This document shows, piece after piece, positions 36,269 to 46,548 of a stretch of 64,000 bases of DNA. The stretch is from Takakia lepidozioides. Lineage: Eukaryota > Plantae > Bryophyta. The translations under genes were made by a program, and so were the position numbers. The stretch is taken from contig CM060731.1 in assembly GCA_030704615.1 (NCBI GenBank), forward strand, positions 3,720,001-3,784,000. The letters are read 5' to 3'. How positions within the stretch are numbered: position 1 is the first letter of the stretch; every line of letters starts with the position of its first letter. The notes under the pieces are model-generated. The model saw nothing but the letters and a program-made list of their open reading frames with translations, was not told the origin of the DNA and ran no database searches.

Positions 36269-37088
36269 CCCTTAAATTCCCAAGCGACCTGAATCAGGTC
36301 ACTTTGAATTTGCAGTTCGACCTAATTTTTGCAGATCTAATCTGATGGGGCCCACTCGTGAAGCTTTAATGACAAGGGATTTGTCTCGAGTATGATGCAA
36401 AAAACAAAATTAAGAAAAAACTAAAGCTACGACCTACAAAAAAAATATCTTAGATCTCTCATTTACGTTTTGGGCCTGAAAAGGGCTTGTTGACCGCTGA
36501 CGTGGCAGGTAAACAAGCCCAAAACAGATTGCACTCCAAAGCCATTTTTGGCAGAAAATTAGCAATTTTGGAAAAAGCACTTCACCTTGTAGTGTGTGAG
36601 CATTACATACACACATCCACCATTGGCTTTTAAAAAATTTGTAGAAAAAAAAGTACTTCATTTGGAGGCACATTTTCTCTTGTCAATTTTGAGATTTCAA
36701 CCCCCATGTAATTGCATGAATAGCAACTATAGGTGAAAAAATCAGTTGGACCTGCAATTTAGTGGGGTCATAGCCACTCCACTATTGATTTGGAAATGGT
36801 GGGTCTTGGGGCAAGCAAAATTGAAAGCTAGGTTTTGATTTGGTCAAACCTATTTCTTTCTCACTTCTTTTTTGGGACCTGATATTTGAGGTCCAGGCCA
36901 ACGCTATAATCTCACAATTTCCACGGTGGACTTGGCTTATTTTTTGGTATTTCATGCATAAATGAGTTGGCCCATTGCTATAAGGCTGGAATCTCTGGAT
37001 GATTTTTGGTAGGTTTCTAGGGGCAATTTACTGCAGCTGGGTACCCAAAATTGGTAAAATGTGAAAAAAGGGCTTGGGAACTTAAGGG
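36269..37088. mobile_element. Non-autonomous piggyBac-like element (820 bp)
   Basis: TTAA|CCCTTAAATTCCCAAGC ... GCTTGGGAACTTAAGGG|TTAA: 17-bp TIRs with 1 mismatch, CCC/GGG ends and TTAA on both sides. No coding frame. Confidence 0.75.
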
Positions 37089-37097
37089 TTAATTATA

Positions 37098-37900
37098 TGC
37101 GACTGCCAAATATTGGCGGTCACTTGAATATTAAGTATTTTTTGATAAGTTGTGATACTTTTTATTTTTTATTTTTTATTTTTTTCAAAAACAATTGTGC
37201 GACCGCCAATTATGTATTTCTTCATTTTCTTAATATGTACGGGGGTTACATTTGTTTGTAGGGGAAGCAGCCACATGGATCACTTGCAAATAGTTCAAAC
37301 CCAAGCATACTATTTAGGCCTAGCTACTACTGCTCCTCTCATCCATTCCCATCCCCTCCCCCCGTACTATAGATAGTGTCATTTATATATATCAATGTCC
37401 TGGTGGATGATGAACAACATCGGGACCTGCAATCTGGAGAAATGACCATTGTAGAGGAGATGAAAGTTTTGATGTGTCGAAGGCAACACGGTCTTGCACA
37501 ATCATTTTTTGAATGATCTTCAAATGATGAGAGAGAAACTACATCAACTATCCATACGTTGCAAGTAATTTTTATTTTTTTTAATGGGTACAACAGCCAA
37601 TTATGACAATTGGATGTATTATAATTTTATTAATATGTACAACCGCCATAATTTGCGGCCATACAATTTTTTGGGAAAAAAATATATTTTTCAATGACTT
37701 ACTGCCCAATACACTGCTGGCGGTCACACGTAATCTCTTATTTGTTTAATAGGTGTCTCCCCCCATAATTGGTAATCGCGCCCATTTTAAAGAAAATAAC
37801 TAAATTATATTTTAAAAAAATAGGTCCGACCGCTAAGGATGGCAGTCGCATGTAACTTTTTAAGTTTCTAATAGTTGCGACGGCCATAATTGGCGGTCAC
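37098..37900. repeat. Dispersed inverted GCGACCGCC/GGCGGTCRC pairs in AT-rich DNA, probably subterminal repeats of another DNA transposon
   Basis: Motif pairs at ~37098, 37198, 37640, 37700, 37827 and 37876. Confidence 0.55.
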
Positions 37901-38690
37901 GCCTATTTCCGGGAAAAAAAAAATGATAATTTTTTTTTGTATTTTTTTTGTGGGGTCTGTCTGCGTCGCCCACGTGGCAGAATCGTCTAGTGCCGCCATG
38001 TGTCAGCATAAAGCATCATTGTACGAACATTTCAAAATTCATACGTTGCTTCCGGATAATGATGTTGCCGACAAACATCAAAATACCTTTTAGGATCACA
38101 ACACCCCAAATAGGCAACTTGCCAATCCAAATGGGCTTCCAGCGAAGATTGCACATTAAGATATCCCAAGAATGGGGGTTGGCAACACCCAGGCCAAGTA
38201 GGACAAGACATGTGCCTCCACGTATTTGTCATCACCAACAATTGGAAATATATCTACGAATTCTTGGTCCATAGAGGCTGGGACGTCGACAGGCACTCAT
38301 CATAGGGAAAGTTGTCCAGAAGAGATATGTCCATTGCATTTTCCAAATCCTCATCATCGTCAGCCGAGGTATTACCCAACAACAAATTATGTAATCCTCC
38401 ATGAATGGTTCTCAACGTTGTGCCACAAAACGCGCACTATGAGTCCATCCTGCAGGTCTAGGTGAAGCAACTTCAGAACGTGGACTTGATGCGTGTATAA
38501 ACTTCCATTCATTGGCCATGTGCAAGAGTAACAAGCTCAATCGATCGCAACCGATTATGGTTGAATGATGCCGTTGGATCTTGACAATCCAACGGCTCAG
38601 GGCATTTTCCCTAACCCTAGTCGCCACTTCCACCGCCCTACTGTAGCCGTTGGACGTAGGGATGGGGATATATTTATTTATTTATTTATT

Positions 38691-39704
38691 GACGCTGTTC
38701 TCTTCCGGTATGATCGCCACTTTCCCTTCAGCACTTTAGTTTGAATTTTGAATGCAACGATCATCTTCTCCACATGTCGATATTTCGTTGGGTGATTGTA
38801 GTCAAGAAGTCATAAGATACAGACGTGATTATGACTACGTCACTTCCGTTATCACTTTAATTAATGCACATGTCGTGTTTTTCATAGGTCACGTGTAGTC
38901 ATGTAGTCATATATGATAAACTCTTCCGACAGTCGCAATGTCCACTTTTTGAAGGGTGCTCGATCAGCCGGCTGCAAGCAACTTTGACGTTGCTGAACGC
39001 ATGCACTACCCACAAGGGCACCAATGCATTTGTGGATGAGCTTCTGGGATTGTTGCGTAAGAGTTTTTTGCCTAAAAAGAATTCATTGCCGAAAACTCAC
39101 TATGAAGCAAAAACCATGATTGCCATGGGATTGCAGTACACCATGATTCATGCCTGTGAGCGTGGTTGTGTACTCTTCCATATGGAGTATGAGAATGTAG
39201 ACATTTGCCCAGTGTGCCACAGTTCCCGTTACATTCCAGGTCGTGGAAGTGTGCCCAAGAAAGTATTGCGACACTTCCCTGTCATTCCAAGGTTGAAACG
39301 TATGTACCGATGTAAATCGATCGCTAACATCATGACATGGCACGACAGACATAAGAGCCAGGATGGGTTGGTTCGACATCCAGCTGATAGCAAAGCATGG
39401 AGACACATTGACACCACATTTGAGGATTTTGCTGCAGAGCCACGATCTCTGCGATTTGGATTGGCCTTAGACGGTGTAAATCCCTACGGAGCTCAATCCA
39501 CAAGTTGGAGCACATGACCCGTTCTCTTGGTCAATTACAATCTGCCTCCGTGGTTAATGACCAAAAAGTTCTTTCTCATGTTAGCGCTACTGATTCATGG
39601 TAATGAGTCTGTTACCTCAGACAACGTAGAGGTTTACCTGATGCCCCTAGTGGAAGAGCTACTGGAACTATGGAGAGGGATTGCAGCTCATGATGTTTCC
39701 CGTC
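38691..39704 (+). pseudogene. CACTA TnpD N-terminal fragment (the missing 5' half of copy 2)
   Basis: Highly similar to 15160-16626. Intact LALDGVNP. 452-bp deletion at TATGA microhomology (~38912). Ends at HDVSR. Confidence 0.92.
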
Positions 39705-40869
39705 AACAATCACAACTCATATTCGACTTATACTGAACAATTATCTTTTACTCATTATACTAAGTATATTATGCGACAAAAAATATTGTCGGATGTCGAT
39801 AATTCTAAGATTATAGCTTCTGAATTGTCTTAAGCTTATTCAAATTGGTCCATGATGTTGCACATGATATTAAAACGAGAATGAAAATCTACAAATTAAT
39901 CATATTATGATTAATAAAGAGAAAAAAAATCCCAAACAAATGCGTTTTGAGTGGTTACCAACTCATGATAAATGGATAGTCAATCATATGGTTATATTTC
40001 CAGCATCCACCCTAAAAGATATTGCGTTAATGTTTGTTAAAGAATATATAAGTTCAGAAATAACAAGTTTTAATCAAATTTATCTACACTTGAGATAAAT
40101 TAATCAAAAACAAAATCTACTGCTAAACAAATACAAGAACCTAAAAATTTATATAGCTCAGAATGTCATAGTGTTCTTTAAGCAGATGCACACAACAATG
40201 TTATGAAAATCTTATTTACATATAAAAAACTAGTATCTAGTATTAGTCTTTCTATTAAATCTTATCAGGTTTAATACATGCATAAATTACTTGATACACC
40301 AATTCATCCACGTGTATGTTGTCATTGGTTTATGGTTTTTTTTTATAAAAATGACTTACGAAAAATTTGACACAAAAATTACACACACACACACCAATAT
40401 AATTAATTAAAATCTATGAAAAACCGCCAAGATGCAAACGAGCTTGATGGTTCATGGTTTCAACAATCCGATCCCAAATAACTTGTATCAAACTACCCGT
40501 AAAGTTGAATTCAACAATGTAAAAGTATCAGTTCTGGTAGTGATGAGCACGCATGTGATTGTCTTAGCTCCTTCTTAGGGGATTATAATCTGAGATTATC
40601 AATACTCAATCATGATGCAAGTGTTTCTTCAAGGGATTGTGGAGGGTACACCTAACTTCTGAAAAAATTCAAATATTTCATGATGTTAATATAAGCTCTG
40701 TGCTCCCAATGAGCATTTTAAACCATTTGGTCTTTTTCAAGATGTACACTAAATGGTATATTTCCCAACATTATTCTTTGGATTCATTCGATCACACAAA
40801 ATTATTACAACTTTCTCTTATCAAGACATTGCTAAGTGGGAGTTATTGCACAAAGACCATAAATTTGCA

Positions 40870-43860
40870 ACATGTGGGCTCCCTCCTCCCCGCCGTGCTC
40901 TCCGACTTTTAATGCCGATCCTAACAACTCCACCACCTTCATTCTTGAAAACATTCTCGGGCTCAGAACCCAGACATCAACTGACGCGTTTGGCGCTACA
41001 TGTTTGGATACGTACTACCTTTTTGCAAATTGGTCGGTTTTTCCTCAGATGATAACACTTGGCAGATTGAGGACGACCTCTTTGGTTCACACGATGACTG
41101 TGACCCCATCCACAATCTCGCCTTCCTTACTGCGTTCCATAAACATACCAACATTAATTACCTGACACACACTCACCAACAACATGTCTCTCAAGCACAA
41201 CTCACAGATGCCCGCAACATTTCCTACCTGCTCGCCATTCCTTACATTCACATCAACACTACCGAATGTAACCCTGATAAAGACATTGCCCACGACTCCC
41301 CCTTAATCTGTCAGGGCCTTCAGCGGTAAAAAATCTACGCCCACAACGGCCGATACATTGGCCTCATCCCCAATGATCGGCTAGCGTGGCTCTGGCATAA
41401 ATACTCTACTTCTAACCCATAGGTATATTAGATCCTACCAACCCAGACGCGATTTCGCTACTAAAATATACTGGCTATTAGACCGCTACCTTAAGGACAT
41501 CCCATCCAAAAAACCCCGCATCCAATCCAAACTAATACAAGCACACACTCACAGTACTATCCCCAGAGAACTGTCTAGCCTCCTAATCTCCTCTTTCTAA
41601 CTTACTCACTTCTACTACTCTAGCCCACTCACGTGCCCCGTGGAACTTACCTCATATGCTAGCCCACACCATAGAGACTGCATCTTTGGCGCCACTGGTC
41701 TTGCCACCCACCATAGGTGATCCGGTCGCGGTTTTGTTCACCCTCCTGACTCCCACATACAAGAAACCCTCCAATGGGCTCGATTGCTGCCCACTCCTCC
41801 CCCTCTGCCTGTACTATTCTCCTACTTACACAGCAAAGGCCTCTAGACAACCCCCACCCCCTTCTACAACTCCCCCATGGCGTCACCCTTATAGCCACCT
41901 TTGAACCAAACCAGCTACTATACGAAGACAACCTCCCCTCCCCTAAATACCTCTGATGCCTAGAACCCACTACTACGTCATTACTACTTGTCCAACACAC
42001 CCATCCCACTTCCACGCCCATTACCCTATCCTCTACCTTATACCACTTACTCATACGCACATGGGGGATGAAAGTCTCCATTACCCCCAACACACATCTT
42101 CTTTCATCTACATCTTGCTCCTCACCCACCCCGTTTCTCAGTATCAACCCAAGCAAGGCCTGGATAAGGGCGCTACCGCACCCTCCTCCTACCCCTTTCC
42201 CGCCCCCTACTGACCTACCGGTCTCATATCTACGTCTGCCGCTCAAATTCTCTCCCTCACACTCCCACTACACAGATGATTCCCAATCTGGCTCTAACGC
42301 TAACTACGGTGTTTTTCATGCTGCTAATAACCGTGGGGTAGCTCTTAGACTTCCAGGCCCAACCACTATATATTACGCGCTGAGCTTATGGCAATCTTTG
42401 AAGCAATCTCCCAGCTGCCCTCATTCTCCCCCTCATACTACATTTTCACATACAGCCTTACCTCACTATGTCTTCTTCGCAACCACCTCTCCAGCCCCTC
42501 CTGCCACCTTCACCACCCAGACCGGAACCTCATTGCAGCCATCATTAACCGAGCGGCTTCCATTAATCACCCCATACATTTTCTCAAAGTTCGCTCCCAC
42601 ACTGGTATCACCGGTAACGAAAACGCAGACCTCCTCACCCAGGCAGGGGCCGCCCAACCCCCACTAGATCCCACGGCCGACCCTATCCATATTGCTTACA
42701 CTCACCCATTCTGGCTAATTCACCCAGTACCAGGACCCCCTACTACCAAGCCTATACGTAACTTAAATCCACTCTTACACGCGAAGCACACAAACAAGCC
42801 TCAACCTCTACCAGCCATACCAAAGCCCATATCCAAAAATGGACACAATCTACAGTTCTTCACCACAAATTGTCAAACTACTTCTGGCACACCAAGACTA
42901 TCACCGACGCGTAAATCCGACAAACATTCAGATTTCGTTACGCCCAATACATGGAACATCAATGCAAACACATCTTTTGGTTACGCCTATTCCCATCCCC
43001 TAACTGCCCATTATGCTCACATACACATACAATGTGTGACACCTGGCCCCACCTCCTTAGTCAATGTATTCACCCCGTTATATAGGGTCTCTGCGTCACT
43101 TGCCATGATCACGCAGTTTGGCACATCCATAAACTTTTCATGTCCAGATTAGAAACCAGATGGTTCTCACTTATCAATGCTGGTACCTACCAAGGCCGAC
43201 CCCCTGACCACATTGTCCCTCACTGGATACTTCCGTGTAGTTGTCATCACTCACCCTGTACCTATCCCTCTCGGCTCTGCCTGGATATCCTACTTGTCCA
43301 AGGCTTACCCATCAACCCCCCCCCTACCTACTTCCCTTTCCCCAGAATTAACCATTCACTTCGTTGAATTCACATACTGTAATGACCGATACCCAGCCCC
43401 CTCCATTCTAGATAAACGACAAAAATATGCCCCCCTCATCCTCGCCATCCGCTAGTTTGGGTGGCGCACCGGCCCCATATCAGTTATCACAGCATGTACT
43501 AGAGGTGAGATTCATATCGCCAGTATAAACGGGTTACACGACAATCTTAAAATCCCTATTCCCCCTATCCACAAATGCTTTAAAGCCATCCACCTCACTG
43601 CCCTCCGCTCCCTCACTGCCATCATCACCAATAAGCGATAACTCGAGTCCAACCCCTTTGCAGCATCCCAGGGTATCATGGGGTACCCCCGGTACCCTAG
43701 GTACCCTAGGCACCGTCCCCTATATACTACCTCCTCTTGGTTACCCGGTGTCCCCTGGACACCTGTTCTCTTTATAAGGCCCACCCCCGAAAGGGGGCAG
43801 TAGCCGTAAGACGAAGTGGCTCTTAGTTACGCCGGCTTTGGCCGGAGTCTTCTCTCTCTA
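40870..43860 (+). mobile_element. 5'-truncated, degenerate Dualen/RandI-like non-LTR retrotransposon (chromodomain-like, RNase H, CCHC, restriction-like endonuclease)
   Basis: C-rich strand. YTDDS..ELMAI..FLKVRSHTGITGNENAD (RNase H); CPLC..DTWPHLLSQC..HDHAV; VPHWIL..LDILLVQG; FVEFTYCND..KRQKYAPL..GW..TRGEIH (RLE). Structured 3' end and (CT) tail. 5' boundary approximate. Confidence 0.78.
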
Positions 43861-45030
43861 ATGGCTTTAAAAATAGATTTGGAATTATGATAACAAATCT
43901 CCCGATTTCAGGCGCTGTTGGACCATAGCCAGTGATAGACGTTTGGCAATCTCCTAAACATGAAGTTTCTACAATAAACGTCCAACAAAGACACCTTGTT
44001 TTGCCGCAGTCACCTCAGACTCACTGTGTATAACTTTCTGGGCCTCGTTGACTGTAATCTGCTCGAACTTCTCTATCAAACAATCAGTTGGCGTGTATGG
44101 GAATCTCCCGTTTTGGTGTAGTTGCAGGACCTGCTTCTCCATCAGTGTAGATTATCAGTTCCGGGGGAGTACGATCCTTCACAACACTCAAAAACACTGA
44201 CTCAGAGGTGTTTTCTGTTTCTTTGCACGGAGATTGGTTATTCCACCTAGACGCCATGGCCATCGTGCACAAAACAGTTAGATCCTAATCGTATTTGCAA
44301 TCTGCTGCAATGATCATATAGACACTCACATACTGTATGTTGCCATGGCCGCCAGGTTGCTTTGTACCCTCTTCCCAAGCCTAACGCCACCCTTCCAACC
44401 AACATGCAAGGCACGCTAAATTAGCGTGCCCTCCATCTCCACCAACTTTTTCTACCCAGAGAATATTCCTGTCCATTTTGACATACCAGACTGGTCGAGG
44501 TATGCCTAATGGACCTCTAAGGCCAAGCTGATAGGGCCCAGTGTAGATCCACAGTGGCGTGGCCAGTCAGGTACGTGGCTAGTATGAGTATTGCCATGTG
44601 GACATACCCGGATTCCAGGTAGGAGTAGGTTTGAAATTGAATTCATGTACTGGGGTGGTATGTATACTATGTATGTTTGAGCCCCACATGCATCATATGG
44701 CATTGAAAAGAGGAAGAAAAACCAAGCATAAAGATAGGTTCCAGTAAATAAAATAAAAATTACAAGCATCCACTTCCAGCATGCAAAACTTTCAAGACTG
44801 CAACACATGCACATAATCTGCTGTTGGTCCTAAAATACTGAAGTTGGGTTATATTGCAATGTTGGAGTGTTACAAAATATAAACATGCATGGATGCCATG
44901 TACAACTCATTAGCTGGAACTAGAAATGCTAGGCTAGGAAAATGGGTAGCTCTAATTTTGTCGTAATGTGATAATGCCTATCGCCCTCCCATCTTCAACT
45001 ACTCGCCCTATTAATGGTCTCCATTGACAA

Positions 45031-45205
45031 GCAGCATGTAGCCCAGTGGTAATGGGCACTTACCACGTTGGTTGTGGTTGTGGGTTCCAACCACTATTTG
45101 GTGTGTCATGAAGGTGTCCACCTTTCAGCTGGAAGGTAGTAGCCCTTGTGGTGAAGTGACACCATAAGTTACGCTCCCTTCCGGAGGCGTCATACTTTTT
45201 TTTTT
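45031..45205 (+). mobile_element. tRNA-derived SINE (~175 bp)
   Basis: A box TAGCCCAGTGG (45039-45049) with GCCC/GGGC D-stem, B-box-like GGTTCCAACC (45083-45092), LINE-like 3' motif and T10 tail. No clear TSD. Confidence 0.8.
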
Positions 45206-46074
45206 GGGTCTCGATTCTAACATTGCTAGCAGCCGTACTGCTGTACTGCGACTGGTATGATTTGCAAGTGGTTAGGTCATTTTCCCTAAACCCTAAGCTC
45301 TACAAACAACTGGGTATTTGCTCAATGACACCCCCCACTGGTTGGTCATTTGATACCATTACTCAGACCCGGGCAAAAACTCAATTCGCACATACTAGTA
45401 CAACACATGAATATTCCACCTTCCCCTACCAGCTCTTGGGTACAACGGCGAATGCCACACTTAGAGGGGGCTAGGCTACATGGGAGGATCTCTCATAGAG
45501 GATGACAGACACACTTAAGGGCATCATCACTTTCACATCCAAAAATCGCACACCGCATCCAGTAACAAAGTTTAACACCCAAAGCACATTGTCAAGAGCC
45601 CAAGCCCCCATATCTTTCTATATAAAATAAGAGCTAATCTAATCAGCCAATGGTCAGCCCTCATTGGATCCACCGATTACAGTATTCCTCCATCAGACAT
45701 CAGCTGCTAGGGTGTCTAATCTTGTTCCTGTTGGCATAAGACAGGGTAACAGGACCAAAATTAGGCCCGCACTAACTTTCTCAACCACCACCTGAAGTAG
45801 CAGAGATTAGTAAGAACGTGTCGTGTACTCCCCGGCCATGTGATGAATGATGGCATGGGCACCGTTTCGAAGTGGGGACTTCGGAGACTTCGGAAAGAAG
45901 AGACTATTCTTGGCATAAATTCCAAAGATGCACAGTAGATGCATTCAGTGGGGAGGGAAAGACTATGTATTGATGAGGGATCAGAGCTTTTCACTTCAAT
46001 GCTGTCTCTCTCCTTCACGCACTCCATTCTCTCTTCTTCAATTTTCTATTCCCGAGGTTGCACACGCAGCTGAC

Positions 46075-46548
46075 ATGGGCGTGGCCAAAGTCAACCTCAT
46101 TCTTCTGGTGCTTGTTTTCCTCACAGCCCAAAATATTGTGCGAGGCGACCAGAATGGTAGCTCTTCCATGCCGCCTCCAACTCTTCTCCTGACCGGATCC
46201 TCTCTCGTAAGTCCGCACGGAGTCTACAAATTGACAATGCAGAGCGACTGCAATTTGGTGTTGTACCGGCCCAACAGAGTCAATAACGCAGCGCTATGGG
46301 CCTCCCAGACAAATGGCAGAGGTAACAACTGCTATTTTACGATGCAGTCGGATGGTAACTTGGTCATCTATGATGGATCAAATAACCCTATGTGGGCATC
46401 TCAAACACAACACGCTGGCGAGTGTGATCTCTTTCCTGACGTGACCCAGTATGTACTAAATATGCAGGATGATGGCAACCTCGTCTTGTACTGTACCGGA
46501 GTACTAGAAACCTTCCCTATCTGGGCCACTGGGACAGCTGATCAATAG
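46075..46548 (+). CDS. Secreted GNA/bulb-type mannose-binding lectin (157 aa)
   Basis: Signal-peptide-like MGVAKVNLILLVLVFLTAQNIVRG. Three QxDxNxVxY sites (QSDCNLVLY, QSDGNLVIY, QDDGNLVLY). Confidence 0.93.
   Translation: MGVAKVNLILLVLVFLTAQNIVRGDQNGSSSMPPPTLLLTGSSLVSPHGVYKLTMQSDCNLVLYRPNRVNNAALWASQTNGRGNNCYFTMQSDGNLVIYDGSNNPMWASQTQHAGECDLFPDVTQYVLNMQDDGNLVLYCTGVLETFPIWATGTADQ

Noticed and set aside
36031-40860. OTU/Helitron-like coding remnants in the AT-rich flanks (36031-36260 and 39705-40860)
   Set aside because: Too degenerate; no diagnostic motif could be confirmed.
43776-43849. Known self-cleaving ribozyme (hammerhead, HDV-like, twister)
   Set aside because: No CTGANGA/GAAA core, HDV L3 or twister consensus could be fitted by eye. 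Kept only as an unassigned structure.
45031-45107. Functional tRNA gene
   Set aside because: Acceptor and T stems do not pair well, and it continues into a LINE-like tail and poly-T, so a SINE is more likely.
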